Of a stretch of DNA of 55,008 nucleotides, positions 9,066-20,268 are shown piece by piece. Each line of letters opens with the position of its first letter. Positions within the stretch are counted from its first letter, which is position 1. A program made the position numbers and the translations under genes. Source of the DNA: Alphaproteobacteria bacterium (GTDB lineage: Bacteria > Pseudomonadota > Alphaproteobacteria > UBA6615); contig CBDHEC010000026.1 in NCBI GenBank assembly GCA_965261975.1, forward strand, positions 1 through 55,008, read 5' to 3'. The notes beneath the pieces were generated by a model, which saw nothing but the letters and a program-made list of their open reading frames with translations, did no database searches and had not been told where the DNA came from.

Positions 9066-11232
9066 ATGAACGATATGGTACCGCGTTTCCGGAAAATTAT
9101 GCGTCTGGCCGCAATTGTCGTGGTTATTCCGGCGATTTTATGGCCGAGCCTGGCCATGAGCGATGTCGCGACCGATTGGCTGGAAGGCCCGAAGGCCGAT
9201 ATTCGACTGGTTTCGGCGACGACCGCGGTGGGGGACCTGGAATCCATCCCGTTGGGTATCGAGGTCCGCCTGGACGAAGGTTGGAAGACCTATTGGCGCT
9301 CGCCCGGCGATGCCGGAATCCCGCCCCATGTTGAATGGGGAAAGTCGGGAAACCTCGAGACGGCGGCATTCCAGTGGCCCGCGCCGGTGCGGTTCATGTA
9401 CTACGACCTCGAAACGTTCGGCTACGAGAAGCAGGTCGTGTTCCCGGTCGAGGCGCGTCTGCAGAATGTCGGCGAGGCGGTCTCGTTGCGTGCCACCGTC
9501 GATCTGCTGATCTGCGACGACGTCTGTATCCCCCATACATTCCAGGCGTCGCTCGATCTTCCTGCCGGCCCGGCCAATCCGTCGGAATTCGCGAACATGA
9601 TCGACCGCTACCAGAATCAGGTACCGGGCGACGGTAGTCGCGCCGGTCTTGTCTTCGAAGGGGCCGACGTTTCGGGAACCAATGTGAACCCGCTCATTCG
9701 AACGGCCTTTCGCGCCGACACGCCGTTCGAGACACCGGATCTTCTGGTCGAGGGATCCGGTGACGTGATCTTCTCGAACCCCGAGTTCGAGTTCCTCGAA
9801 GGTGGTCGCGTCGTCCTGGCATCGGTCACGGCTGAAGATATTTTTGGTGAGGGTGCGCCTGTCGACCTCGAAAGTGACCCGCTGATCTTTACCCTGATCG
9901 ATGGTGCGCGAAGCATCGAGACCAGTGCCATGCCGCTGGCAGGTGGCTTGGCCCATGTCGATACGGGCGGACTGGCGCTGACGACCCTGTTGTCGATCAT
10001 GGCGCTGGCGCTCGTCGGCGGGCTGATCTTGAACCTGATGCCCTGCGTGTTGCCGGTGATATCGATCAAGCTTCTGTCGGTGGTCAGCCATGGCGGTGGT
10101 GATCCCAGGGAAGTTCGTCTCGGCTTCCTGGCCACGACCGCAGGTATTGTTGTGTCTTTCCTGGCGCTGGCGAGCCTTGCCGTGGGTGTGAAATCGGCGG
10201 GCTTGGCCGTGGGCTGGGGAATACAGTTCCAGCAACCGATCTTCGTCGTCACCCTGGTGGTGATCCTCACCCTGTTCGCCGCCAACATGTGGGGCCTGTT
10301 CGAGGTTCGCCTGCCGGGCAAGGTGTCCGATGTGGCGGTCGCGGCGGGCAACAAGAGCTCGCTGGGAGGACAGTTCTTTCAGGGCGCGTTTGCCACGATA
10401 CTCGCGACCCCCTGTACCGCACCGTTCCTTGGCACCTCTATCGGGTTTGCCCTCAGCCGGGGTGCGCTCGAGATCTATTCGATCTTCCTTGCACTCGGGA
10501 TCGGGATGGCCTCGCCGTTCATCCTCGTCGCACTCTTCCCCGTGCTGGCCACCAAATTGCCGCGCCCGGGACCATGGATGAATGGTCTCAAGAAATTCCT
10601 GTCGCTCGCGTTGATTGCCACGGCCGTCTGGCTGCTGACGGTCATGGCAGTGCAGGTCTCGGTCGAAGCCGCACTGGTCGTCGCGGCCCTGATGGCGGCG
10701 ATATTTGCGCTCTTCGCGCTGCGTAGCCGGGTGCCGGAAAACACCGGCCGGATGCTCGGCGCGGGGTGTGTTCGCCGCGGCGATCGTTGCCTTCGTTGTG
10801 CCGACCGCGTTACCTGCGTTGGGAATTGGCGTGCGCGACCAATCCCGGATTGCAGCACTTGATGAAGCTTGGGTTCCCTTCGATCAGGCCGCCATTCCCG
10901 AGCTTGTGGCACAGGGCAATGTGGTCTTTGTGGATGTCACGGCGGATTGGTGCATCACCTGTCAGGTCAACAAGAAGCGGGTTCTGGATACCCAGGCCGT
11001 GAACGACGTCTTCGAGCGCGGTGATGTGGTTCTGATGCGCGCCGACTGGACCAGGCCGAGCGATACCATCGCCCAGTATCTCGCCTCTTTCAGCCGGTTC
11101 GGCATTCCGTTCAACGTCATTTACGGGCCGGAGTCCCCCCGCGGCGTGGTGTTGCCGGAATTGTTGTCGGATAGCGCAGTGTTTGGCGGGCTGACGGAAG
11201 CCGGTCTGACGACGGCGGTGGCCGAACGGTAG
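9066..11232 (+). CDS. dsbD: DsbD/ScsB-family protein-disulfide reductase, with one apparent +1 frameshift at ~10763-10766
   Basis: GWKTYWRSPGDAG, CDDVC, LNLMPCVLP and ATPCTAPFL lie in one frame; the thioredoxin domain VTADWCITC lies in the next. Removing one G from GCGGGGTGTG joins them. Confidence 0.88.
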
Positions 11233-11373
11233 ATCCCCAGACCGGATTTTCCGGTGAACGAAGACTGGAACTTTCCGCAATTCAGACTATGTTGCGAACC
11301 GATATCAATAACGAGTTCGGTCCCGACGTTCATGTTCGCGCGGCCGGCGACATAGTCGATCGAGGAGAGACAG

Positions 11374-11856
11374 ATGGCTATCAATGTAGGCGACAAGATC
11401 CCGGCGAGTGCGCTCGCTCACAAGACGGCAGATGGAATCGATCAGGTCTCGACCGACGATCTGTTCAGCGGCAAGAAGGTTGTTCTGTTTTCGGTGCCCG
11501 GCGCCTTCACGCCGACCTGCTCGGCTCAGCACCTGCCCGGTTTCGTGCAGAAGGCGGACGAGCTCAAGGCCAAGGGTGTCGACACGATTGCCTGCATGGC
11601 CGTGAATGACCCGTTCGTCATGGAAGCCTGGGGCAAGGATCAGTCGGTTGGCGACAATGTGATGATGCTGGCCGACGGCTCTGCTGCCTTCACCAAGGAA
11701 CTGGGCATGGAGCTCGATCTCGTGGACCGCGGGCTTGGTGTTCGCAGCCAGCGTTTTGCCATGATCGTCGACGATGGCACGGTGACCGAGGTTCTTCTGG
11801 ACGATGCCGGTGCCTTCGAGAAGAGTTCGGCCGGGAGTGTCCTCGAACATCTCTAG
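11374..11856 (+). CDS. Peroxiredoxin (Prx5/type II)
   Basis: VPGAFTPTCS...HLPGF, VNDPFVM and RSQRFAM motifs; GAGGAG RBS. Confidence 0.95.
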   Translation: MAINVGDKIPASALAHKTADGIDQVSTDDLFSGKKVVLFSVPGAFTPTCSAQHLPGFVQKADELKAKGVDTIACMAVNDPFVMEAWGKDQSVGDNVMMLADGSAAFTKELGMELDLVDRGLGVRSQRFAMIVDDGTVTEVLLDDAGAFEKSSAGSVLEHL

Positions 11857-11880
11857 GCGTACAGCCTTTCGATAAGATTG

Positions 11881-11904
11881 CGGGGGCCTTCGGGCCCCCG
11901 TTTT
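11881..11904 (+). terminator. Rho-independent terminator
   Basis: CGGGGGCC-TTCG-GGCCCCCG followed by TTTT; 8-bp stem with cUUCGg tetraloop. Confidence 0.9.
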
Positions 11905-11933
11905 CGTTTGTCGCGATCGAGGTTGGGCGCGCG

Positions 11934-12377
11934 TCAGTAATTGGGGATGATCGCGCTGCGGGCGAGTTCGTCGGCGCGCTCATTGTCCGGGTGCCCGGCA
12001 TGTCCCTTTACCCAATGCCACTCGATATCGTGGGGTTCCATCACCTGCTCCAGGCGTTTCCACAAATCGACATTCTTTACCGGTTTCTTGGCGGCGGTTT
12101 TCCAGCCATTGCGCTTCCAGTTATGGATCCACTTCATGATCCCGTCGCGCACATAGGTCGAATCGGTGAACAGGTCGACCGCCGAGGCTTGCTTGAGCTC
12201 CTCGAGCGCCGCGATGGCCGCCATGAGCTCCATCCGGTTGTTCGTCGTTTCGTCCTCGCCGCCCGACAATTCCTTCTCATGCGCGCCGGCGCGCAGGACG
12301 ACGCCCCAGCCGCCGGGCCCGGGATTTCCCGAGCAGGCGCCGTCTGTGTAGATCTCGATCCGGGCCTTACCATTCAT
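11934..12377 (-). CDS. rnhA: Ribonuclease HI
   Basis: [29 protein letters not shown] and NERAD motifs. Confidence 0.98.
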   Translation of the reverse strand: MNGKARIEIYTDGACSGNPGPGGWGVVLRAGAHEKELSGGEDETTNNRMELMAAIAALEELKQASAVDLFTDSTYVRDGIMKWIHNWKRNGWKTAAKKPVKNVDLWKRLEQVMEPHDIEWHWVKGHAGHPDNERADELARSAIIPNY

Positions 12378-13372
12378 CCGCTGACATCCTCGAAACTGAC
12401 GCCATAGGCGCCCGGGCCGTCCACCTGCTGATGAAACCGCAGGCGGCCCAGAAATTGTTTGGGGTCCTTCGGCTGCACGAAGGCCGCCGAGTCGTGATTG
12501 ATCCAGTCATACAGTCGCGTGAGCAGGAACCGCAGGGCGCTCCCGCGTGCCAACCGGGGCAGGGCATCGAACTCCGGCCGGGTGAGGGGCCGTACAGAGG
12601 CATAGCCGCGCAACAGCGCCCGTGCCTTGGTGACATTCAGGCTGTTATCGGGCTCGAAGCACCATGCGTTGATGCAGATCGCGAGGTCATAGGCGAGCGC
12701 GTCGTTGCAGGCGAAGTAGAAATCGATGAAGCCCGACAGGTTTTCCCCGAGGAAGAACACGTTATCGGGGAACAGGTCCGCGTGAATCACACCGGTCGGC
12801 AGGTCGTCGGGCCAATTGATTGCGATCTCGGACAGCTCCGCATCCAGCACGTCCTTGAGGCCGGGGACGACACTATCGGCCTGGTCGCGTGTCTGGGCGA
12901 CGAGGGTCTGCCAGCCCGCAACCGACATGTTATTGGGGCGATGGCCGTCGAAATTCTGCCCGGCTTCGTGCATCTGTGCCAGGGCGGCGCCAAGTGCCGC
13001 GCAGTGCTTCGGCGTGCTTTTCTTGGGCCAGATCCCCGACAGGAAAGAGACGATGGCGGCCGGTCGTCCGGCAAGCTCGCGCAATGCCGCACCGTCACGT
13101 CCGTGGATCGGGGTCGGACATGTAAATCCGCTTTCCGCCAGATGGTCCATCAGACCCAGGAAGTAGGGGAGATCGTCCCGTTCGACCCGTTTCTCGTAGA
13201 GGGTGAGGATATAGCTTTGCGGCGCGTCGTCGTCGCCCGTCACGGTCTGCAACAGATAGTTGGTGTTCTCCACACCCTCCGCGATGCCCTTGAGCGATAC
13301 GACTTCACCGATGTCGTAGTCGTCCAGAAAGGCGATCAGGTCTTCGTCGGTTACGTCGGTGTAGACGGCCAT
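12374..13372 (-). CDS. thrB: Homoserine kinase (type II, APH fold)
   Basis: MAVYT start, [26 protein letters not shown]; ispH-thrB-rnhA order. Confidence 0.95.
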   Translation of the reverse strand: MAVYTDVTDEDLIAFLDDYDIGEVVSLKGIAEGVENTNYLLQTVTGDDDAPQSYILTLYEKRVERDDLPYFLGLMDHLAESGFTCPTPIHGRDGAALRELAGRPAAIVSFLSGIWPKKSTPKHCAALGAALAQMHEAGQNFDGHRPNNMSVAGWQTLVAQTRDQADSVVPGLKDVLDAELSEIAINWPDDLPTGVIHADLFPDNVFFLGENLSGFIDFYFACNDALAYDLAICINAWCFEPDNSLNVTKARALLRGYASVRPLTRPEFDALPRLARGSALRFLLTRLYDWINHDSAAFVQPKDPKQFLGRLRFHQQVDGPGAYGVSFEDVSG

Positions 13373-13381
13373 CGCAGCACG

Positions 13382-14326
13382 CTAGCCAATCAGGGCGCGG
13401 GGGAGATTGAAATGTACATTCTCCTCGCGCACCGAGATTTCCTCGATGGTGACGTCGTAGCGTACACGGCAGGCCTCGACGAACTCCTCGACCAGCGTTT
13501 CGGGCGCCGAGGCCCCGGCGGTCAGCCCGAGCGTCTTGCAGCCGTCGAACCGGTCCCAATCCATGCCGCTCGCCCGTTCGACCAGGGCCGCGTCCTGGCA
13601 GCCTGAACGCATCGCGACCTCGACGAGGCGGTTGGAGTTCGAAGAGTTCGGTGCGCCGATCACGATCATGGCGTCGCATCGTTCGGCAATGGCCTTCACC
13701 GCCTCTTGCCGGTTCGTTGTCGCATAACAGATGTCTTCCGAACCCGGTTCCGCGATGTTCGGGAACTTCGTGCGCAATGCCTCGACGATCGCCGCGGTAT
13801 CGTCGACCGACAGGGTTGTCTGGGTCACATAGGCAAGCTGGGTTTCCAGGGGAAGGTCGAGCTTCTCGACATCCTCGACGGTTTCCACCAACGTCATCGA
13901 GCCTTCGGGCAATTGTCCCATGGTGCCGATCACCTCGGGGTGTCCTTCATGTCCGATCAGCAGGATATGTCGGCCGGCGCGTTGCTGGTGCTGTGCCTGA
14001 TTGTGCACCTTGCTGACCAGCGGGCAGGTGGCGTCGAGATAGAACAGGTCGCGACGCTCGGCTTCCACGGGCACGGACTTCGGCACGCCGTGGGCTGAAA
14101 ATATCACCTTCGCGTCATCGGGAACTTCCGCGAGCTCGTCTACGAAGACCGCGCCCTTTTGCTCGAGATTCTCGACGACGAACCGGTTATGGACGATCTC
14201 GTGGCGGACATATATGGGGCGGCCATAGCGTTCCAGCGCCTGCTCGACAATCTGAATGGCCCGATCGACACCCGCACAGAAGCCGTGCGGTTGCGCCAGC
14301 AGGATCGTTAGAGGTGATTTCGCCAT
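13382..14326 (-). CDS. ispH: 4-hydroxy-3-methylbut-2-enyl diphosphate reductase
   Basis: [31 protein letters not shown] and NSSNS motifs. Confidence 0.98.
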   Translation of the reverse strand: MAKSPLTILLAQPHGFCAGVDRAIQIVEQALERYGRPIYVRHEIVHNRFVVENLEQKGAVFVDELAEVPDDAKVIFSAHGVPKSVPVEAERRDLFYLDATCPLVSKVHNQAQHQQRAGRHILLIGHEGHPEVIGTMGQLPEGSMTLVETVEDVEKLDLPLETQLAYVTQTTLSVDDTAAIVEALRTKFPNIAEPGSEDICYATTNRQEAVKAIAERCDAMIVIGAPNSSNSNRLVEVAMRSGCQDAALVERASGMDWDRFDGCKTLGLTAGASAPETLVEEFVEACRVRYDVTIEEISVREENVHFNLPRALIG

Positions 14327-14479
14327 CGAGCATTCCCGAAACGCGTTGTGGAGCCATGACTGACCTTGTTCTCGGTCCGCCGCTCTCGTAATGTTTTCGC
14401 GCGGTTAGTTGCCGCGTACCCGTAATATCTTAGTGGCGCTGCACGGTGCAAGGCACGGGGCAATGCGTGGAGAAAAGTG

Positions 14480-14719
14480 ATGGCGGATCCGGAGATCGCT
14501 CAGAAGGAACCAATCGCCGTGGATGTGATCCCGGGGCGAAAATATTGGTGGTGTGTATGCGGCAAAAGCAAGAAGCAACCTTTCTGCGACAGCGCCCATA
14601 AGGGCACCGACTTTGTGCCGGTGATGTTCGAAAGCGACGAGGCCAAGACCATCTGGTTCTGCTGTTGCAAACAGACCGGCGACAAGCCGTTCTGCGACGG
14701 CACACACAACACGCTTTGA
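14480..14719 (+). CDS. CDGSH iron-sulfur domain protein (two CDGSH motifs, CISD3-like)
   Basis: WCVCGKSKKQPFCDSAH and FCCCKQTGDKPFCDGTH. Confidence 0.92.
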   Translation: MADPEIAQKEPIAVDVIPGRKYWWCVCGKSKKQPFCDSAHKGTDFVPVMFESDEAKTIWFCCCKQTGDKPFCDGTHNTL

Positions 14720-14738
14720 ACGGGCAATTGCTGATCTC

Positions 14739-15308
14739 ATGAGATTCTTGCAAACCGCAGGTGTTGGTGGCGGACGGGCCAGGGCGGGCTGGGCTGCGCT
14801 TGCCCTGTTTGTTCTGGCCGCGTGTGAACAGGGGCCGCCGGCGCCGCCGCCGCCCTGTCCCGACATCGTCATTGTTCAGGATGCTGCCGAGCTGACCCAG
14901 TTTCTGTCGGGCCCGGGGCGTGACCTGACCGATGTCACGCTGGAGGCGCAGGTCGCAGATTTCCGTGGTTTCTGTGATACCGATATCGAGGATGACCGAA
15001 CCGGGGTTGTCGATGTCGACCTGCAGCTTCTCATGGTCGCGACACGCGGTCCGGCCGCGACGACGCGCACGGCGACGGTCAGGTATTTTGTCGCGATCGC
15101 CGACAAGGATGAGAATATTCTGGCGCGCGAGGAGTTCGATACGAGCATCTCCTTTGAGGGAAATCGAAACCGTGTCGGGTTTTCCGAGGAGCTGGCGCAA
15201 ACGATTCCGCTGCAGGCCGGCCAGTTCGGCGACGCGTTCAGTATCTTTGTCGGCTTCGTGCTTTCGGACGAGGATCTGAAATACAACCTCAACAAGCGTG
15301 GGCGTTAG
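14739..15308 (+). CDS. Hypothetical lipoprotein
   Basis: Hydrophobic signal ending in the lipobox LAAC, then a Pro-rich linker; fills the gap between the CDGSH gene and the riboswitch. Confidence 0.75.
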   Translation: MRFLQTAGVGGGRARAGWAALALFVLAACEQGPPAPPPPCPDIVIVQDAAELTQFLSGPGRDLTDVTLEAQVADFRGFCDTDIEDDRTGVVDVDLQLLMVATRGPAATTRTATVRYFVAIADKDENILAREEFDTSISFEGNRNRVGFSEELAQTIPLQAGQFGDAFSIFVGFVLSDEDLKYNLNKRGR

Positions 15309-15414
15309 TCCACAGCCGCATCCCGGCGCCGGTTGACTCCTCCCCGGTGAGGCATAATGTCGAGGGTGGAGCGCGACCCGAGTCGCGCCCCATGTTGGGT
15401 AAAATGTCATGTGA

Positions 15415-15498
15415 CCCCAGCGGGAGAGACCGGCCTGTTCGCCGGCGCCGAAGGAGCAACCGCCCCGGAAACTCTCAGGCATCCAGGACCGCAAGGGG
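15415..15498 (+). ncRNA. Glycine riboswitch, aptamer 1
   Basis: GCGGGAGAG...CGCCGAAGGAGCAA...GGAAACTCTCAGGC...GGACCGC signature upstream of gcvT. Confidence 0.93.
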
Positions 15499-15503
15499 GA
15501 TGA

Positions 15504-15618
15504 CACTCTGGAAAGCAGGCCCGGCCGGGTATTTACGGTCCCGGGCCTCACCGAAGGCGTAAACCGAGATCGGACGAGTTCCGGGAACGGTGAATCTCTC
15601 AGGTCTGACGACAGAGTG
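15504..15618 (+). ncRNA. Glycine riboswitch, aptamer 2
   Basis: CTCTGGAAAG...CACCGAAGGCGTAA...TGAATCTCTCAGGT...GACAGAG signature. Confidence 0.93.
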
Positions 15619-15673
15619 GGGCAGGCGGCGCAACGGGTGCGCTGTCCGGCTTGGCTCGGACCGGGAGAGCGGC

Positions 15674-16807
15674 GTGACGTCAGTTCCTGATACGGATACT
15701 CAAAGAACCCCCCTGTACGACCTGCACATGTCCCTGGGCGCACGCATGGTGCCCTTTGCGGGCTATGCCATGCCGGTGCAGTACCCGGCGGGCATCATCG
15801 CCGAGCATAGTGCGACGCGCGGTGCGGCGGGCCTGTTCGATGTATCCCATATGGGCCAGGCGATCCTGCGTGGAAGAGATCCTGCGGCGAGTTTTGAGCG
15901 GCTTGTGCCGGGTGATATTGCGGGTCTTGAGACCGGTCGCATGCGCTACACACTGTTGCTCAACGAACAAGCCGGCATCCGCGACGACCTCATGGTCACC
16001 CGGATCGAAGAGAATGGCGTCCCGGCCCTGTTCCTGGTGGTCAACGCCGGTTGCAAGGATGCGGATTTCGCCCACATCGCAGCGCAGCTGGCGGGCGATA
16101 CGGAACTGCAAATTCTCAATGACAGTGCGCTGCTGGCACTTCAGGGCCCAAGGGCCGAGGACGTGCTGGCCGTGCTGGCACCTGAATGCCGTGATCTCGT
16201 CTTCATGCAGGGTGCGGAGATGACCCTCGACGGGGCCGCCGCCTATGTGACCCGCTCGGGTTATACCGGCGAAGACGGGTTTGAAATATCCGTGGCGAAT
16301 GACGCGGTCACCGGCCTGGCGCAAACGCTGCTCGCCCATGATGATGTCGAGCCTGTCGGGCTGGGTGCGCGGGATTCGTTGCGGCTGGAGGCGGGGCTTT
16401 GTCTCTACGGCCATGATATCGATGAAACCACCTCGCCCATCGAGGCCGGCCTGGCCTGGGCGGTCGGCAAACGCCGGCGTGAGGCCGCGGATTTCCCGGG
16501 CGCCGAGACCATCCTGCAGCAGTTGGACGAAGGGCCGATGCGCAAGCGTGTCGGGATCAAGATCGATGGCCGCGCACCGGTGCGCGAGGGCGCGGTGATC
16601 CGCGATGACCATGATGGCGAGATCGGGATTGTCACCAGCGGCGGGTTCGGCCCGACGGTCGGCGGGCCTGTGGCGATGGGATATGTGAATGCGGCCAGTG
16701 CCACACCGGGCACGGCGTTGAAAATCGAATTGAGGGGCCGGACGGTACCCGCCACCGTGGCGGACTTACCTTTCGTGCCTGCCAACTACAAGCGCGCAAA
16801 GATCTGA
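15674..16807 (+). CDS. gcvT: Glycine cleavage aminomethyltransferase T
   Basis: [38 protein letters not shown] and [13 protein letters not shown] motifs; GTG start after GGGAGAG inferred. Confidence 0.97.
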   Translation: MTSVPDTDTQRTPLYDLHMSLGARMVPFAGYAMPVQYPAGIIAEHSATRGAAGLFDVSHMGQAILRGRDPAASFERLVPGDIAGLETGRMRYTLLLNEQAGIRDDLMVTRIEENGVPALFLVVNAGCKDADFAHIAAQLAGDTELQILNDSALLALQGPRAEDVLAVLAPECRDLVFMQGAEMTLDGAAAYVTRSGYTGEDGFEISVANDAVTGLAQTLLAHDDVEPVGLGARDSLRLEAGLCLYGHDIDETTSPIEAGLAWAVGKRRREAADFPGAETILQQLDEGPMRKRVGIKIDGRAPVREGAVIRDDHDGEIGIVTSGGFGPTVGGPVAMGYVNAASATPGTALKIELRGRTVPATVADLPFVPANYKRAKI

Positions 16808-16820
16808 GAGGAGAAGGGCA

Positions 16821-17215
16821 ATGGCCAATCGGAAATACTCAGAAGACCATGAATGGGTCGAAGTGGAGGGAGAGACCGGCATGATCGGGATTTCCGACTA
16901 TGCACAAGAACAACTCGGCGATGTCGTGTTCGTGGAGTTGCCCGATGTCGGCAAGACGCTCGATCGCGGCGACGAGGCGGCGGTGGTTGAATCGGTGAAG
17001 GCAGCGGCCGAGGTCTATGCGCCTGTCGGCGGCGAAGTGGTCGAAGTCAACGACGCCCTGAACGGAGATCCATCGCTGGTGAATACCGACGAGTGCCGAA
17101 GGTGACGGCTGGTTCTGCCAAGATGCGAACTGTCCGACGCGGCGATGAAGTCTGAGGCGATCTGATGGACGAAGCCAGATCAGTACAAGGCATTTCTGCG
17201 AGGAGCCTCGACTGA
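16821..17215 (+). CDS. gcvH: Glycine cleavage H protein (3' part disrupted by apparent insertion errors)
   Basis: [23 protein letters not shown] and lipoyl motif VESVKAA; fragments EGDGWF, LMDEA and QYKAF are spread over different frames after ~17090. Confidence 0.9.
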
Positions 17216-17216
17216 G

Positions 17217-18619
17217 ATGCGTTATCTGCCGCATCACGGCACAAGGACCGACAGGCCGATATGCTGTCGGACAATCGGCGTGGGCGCGGTTGACGACCTG
17301 TTCATCGATGTGCCGCGATGCGGCACGGTCCTCGACGGCGACCGGTCGATCTTGCCGATCGCATGCCGGCGAGTATCGAAGTGGAAGCGAAAATGCGCTT
17401 GGGCGCCTGGCGCTCGCGCAACGTCACGACGGCAGGCTCTGTACCCATTTTTCGTCGGTGCAGGTGCCTATCGCCATCACGTGCCCGCTGCACGGTCGAT
17501 CATCTGATCCAGCGTAGCGAGTTCCTGACGGCCTATACGCCCTACCAGCCCGAAGTCAGCGCAGGGCACTCTGCAGGTCCTTTTCGAATTCCAGACCCAT
17601 GGTCGCGTTGCTGACCGGCATGGATGTCGCCAACGCCTCGATGTACGACGGTGCAACCGTCCTGTGCCGAGGCGGTGATGATGGCGCAACCGCGTCACCC
17701 GACGGCGGCAAGGACCGCTGCATGTCCGGGGGCTTGCATCCGCAGTATTGCGAGGTGACCGAAGACGCAGGCGCGGTATCGTGGACGCTCGAAATCGATG
17801 TCGGTGCGCCGGTCGATGCCGAGCGGCAAGGAGGACCTTGCCGGCCATGATCGATGACGACACCGTCGTGCGTCGTGGTGCAGAATCCCGACGTTCTTTG
17901 GCCATCTGCACGACCTGAATTCGGCCCTCTTGCGGAGGCCTGTCACGCGAAGGGCGCGCTGCTTGTTGTAGCGGTGACGGAAGCCGTGTCGCTCGGCGCT
18001 GGTCACCCCGCCGGGTGAGATGGGTGCCGACATTGTAGTCGGCCGAAGGCCAGTCGCCTCGGCAACGCCTCAGGGATTTCGGTGGCCCCTACCTCGGCCT
18101 GTTTGCGGCGCGCGAAAAGTATCGTCCGGCAGATGCCGGGGCGGCTTTGCCGGCGAAACGGTGGACGCCGACGGCCGACGCGGCTTCGTGCTCACGCTGT
18201 CGACGCGCGAACAGCATATTCGTCGCGAGAAGGCGACGAGCAATATCTGCACGAATTCGGGCCTGTGCGCGCTGGCCTTCACCATCCATCTGTCGTTGCT
18301 GGGGGAAGATGGATTCCGGAAGCTGGCGGCGCTCAACCATGCGCACGCGGTCGCCCTGGCCGAACGGCTGGATTCCGTGGACGGGGTCGAGCTGCTGTCG
18401 GACACGTTTTTCAACGAGTTCGCGGTCCGGCTGAGCGGCCCCGCCCAGGATGCCGTCGATGCGCTGGCCGCGCGGAACATTCTGGCCGGTGTGCCGGCCT
18501 CGCGCCTGTATGGGCGTGAGGCGGGGTTGGACGATATTCTTCTGGTGGCCGTGAGTGAACTCACACAGGAAGAGGATATGGACGGCTTGTGTGCGGGCCT
18601 GGCGGAGGTGCTGGCATGA
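17217..18619 (+). CDS. gcvPA: Glycine dehydrogenase subunit PA (many frameshifts ~17235-18150, probably sequence error)
   Basis: Fragments MRYLPH, VDDLFIDVP, FVGAGAYRHHVPA, RSEFLTAYTPYQPE, ANASMYDGAT and REQHIRREKATSNICTN occur in the right order but in changing frames. Confidence 0.88.
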
Positions 18620-20190
18620 GCGGGCATTCGAAGGATTTAAGCCGGTCTTCTTCTCCCAAGACAACGGGCGGGATCGATACCGTACATGGCCATCAGGGTT
18701 TGCGCCTCGAAGATCCGCTGTTGTTCGAGATCGACAACCCGGGCGCGGTCGGGGTCGATCTGCCCGATCCCGGTCCGGTGGCGAACCGGTTGGGCGGGCT
18801 CGAACGCAATGCACCGATCGGGCTGCCGGGCGTGAGTGAACCCGAAGTCGTGCGACATTTCACCCGCCTGTCGCAGAAGAACTACGCGATCGACATGGGG
18901 ACCTATCCGCTCGGTTCGTGCACCATGAAGCACAACCCGCGGCTTAACGAGAAAGTGGTCCGTTTGCCGGGCTTTGCGAACCTGCACCCGATGCAACCCG
19001 AGGCGACCACCCAGGGGGCGCTCGAGCTGATCGATGATCTGGCCCACTGGCTCAAGGAGCTGACCGGGATGCCGGCGGTGGCCATGTCACCGGCCGCGGG
19101 CGCCCATGGCGAACTGTGTGGCGTGATGGCCATCCGCGCGGCGTTGGATGACCGGGAAGGTGGGCCGACCACCCGGCGGCGCATTCTCGTGCCGGATTCG
19201 GCCCATGGGACGAACCCCGCCACGGCGGCCGTGTGTGGCTTTGCCGTCGATGCCATCCCCTCGGATTCGCGCGGACGGGTCGATGTGAAGGCGTTTGCCG
19301 ACAAGCTGGATGACGACGTCGCGGGCATCATGATCACCAACCCCAACACCTGCGGGTTGTTCGAGCCGGACATGATCGAGATCGCCGGGCTCATTCATGA
19401 TGCCGGGGGGTATTTCTACTGCGACGGGGCGAACTTCAACGCCATTGTCGGACGTGTGCGACCGGGCGATCTGGGTATCGACTGTATGCATATCAACCTG
19501 CACAAGACCTTCTCGACCCCCCATGGGGGCGGTGGGCCGGGCGCGGGTCCGGTGGTGCTCTCTGACGCGTTGGCACCCTTCGCGCCGACCCCATGGGTCG
19601 TGCATGGCGACGACGAGTTCTCTCTGGTCGAGCATCGTGCGGATGCAGGCAATGCGAAGCCGTTCGGTCGCCTGAAAGGCTTCCATGGCCAGATGGGCAT
19701 GTTCGTGCGCGCCTACGCCTACATGCTCAGCCATGGCCGCGATGGCTTACGCCAGGTTGCCAATGACGCGGTGCTTAACGCGAATTATGTGATGGCAGAA
19801 CTGTCAGACGTCATGACCGCCGCTTTTGACGGTCCGTGCATGCATGAGTGTCTTTTCGACGACCGTTTTCTGAAGGATTCCGGGGTCACGACACTGGATT
19901 TCGCCAAGGCGATGATCGACGAGGGGTACCACCCGATGACCATGTATTTCCCGTTGGTGGTGCATGGCGCAATGTTGATCGAACCGACCGAGACCGAGTC
20001 ACGCCGTGAGCTCGACAATTTCATCGCGATGGTCCGATCGCTGGTCGCGAAGGTGCAATCAGGCGACAGCGACATGTTCGCGGCGGCCCCGCAGCTCACG
20101 CCGCGGCGGCGCCTCGACGAGACGGCTGCGGCGCGGAGCCCGATCCTGCGCTGGAAGCCGGAGATGCCTGCGGCGGAGGCCGCGGAGTAG
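18616..20190 (+). CDS. gcvPB: Glycine dehydrogenase subunit PB
   Basis: YPLGSCTMKHNP, SAHGTNPAT, HINLHKTFSTPHGGGGPG (PLP lysine) and IEPTETES motifs; ATGA overlap with gcvPA. Confidence 0.97.
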   Translation: MSGHSKDLSRSSSPKTTGGIDTVHGHQGLRLEDPLLFEIDNPGAVGVDLPDPGPVANRLGGLERNAPIGLPGVSEPEVVRHFTRLSQKNYAIDMGTYPLGSCTMKHNPRLNEKVVRLPGFANLHPMQPEATTQGALELIDDLAHWLKELTGMPAVAMSPAAGAHGELCGVMAIRAALDDREGGPTTRRRILVPDSAHGTNPATAAVCGFAVDAIPSDSRGRVDVKAFADKLDDDVAGIMITNPNTCGLFEPDMIEIAGLIHDAGGYFYCDGANFNAIVGRVRPGDLGIDCMHINLHKTFSTPHGGGGPGAGPVVLSDALAPFAPTPWVVHGDDEFSLVEHRADAGNAKPFGRLKGFHGQMGMFVRAYAYMLSHGRDGLRQVANDAVLNANYVMAELSDVMTAAFDGPCMHECLFDDRFLKDSGVTTLDFAKAMIDEGYHPMTMYFPLVVHGAMLIEPTETESRRELDNFIAMVRSLVAKVQSGDSDMFAAAPQLTPRRRLDETAAARSPILRWKPEMPAAEAAE

Positions 20191-20215
20191 CGACACACTC
20201 CTTGGCTGCGGACAT

Positions 20216-20245
20216 GAAAAAGGCCCCGCCGGACGGGGCCTCTTC
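20216..20245. terminator. Bidirectional terminator between gcvPB and atpF
   Basis: AAAAAGGCCCCG-CCGGA-CGGGGCCTCTT hairpin between convergent genes. Confidence 0.85.
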
Positions 20246-20268
20246 GCGCTCGGATCTGGCGTCTCAAC

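Noticed and set aside
11267-11293. GGAAC...GTT ECF (EcfG-like) promoter upstream of the peroxiredoxin
   Set aside because: Spacing is slightly longer than consensus and the -10 lacks CGTT
15333-15358. TTGACT...CATAAT promoter upstream of the glycine riboswitch
   Set aside because: The spacer is only 14 bp; plausible location but not supportable as written
17217-18619. gcvPA and gcvH as true pseudogenes
   Set aside because: Insertion-biased, sharply bounded damage with intact motifs and intact operon partners fits sequence error better
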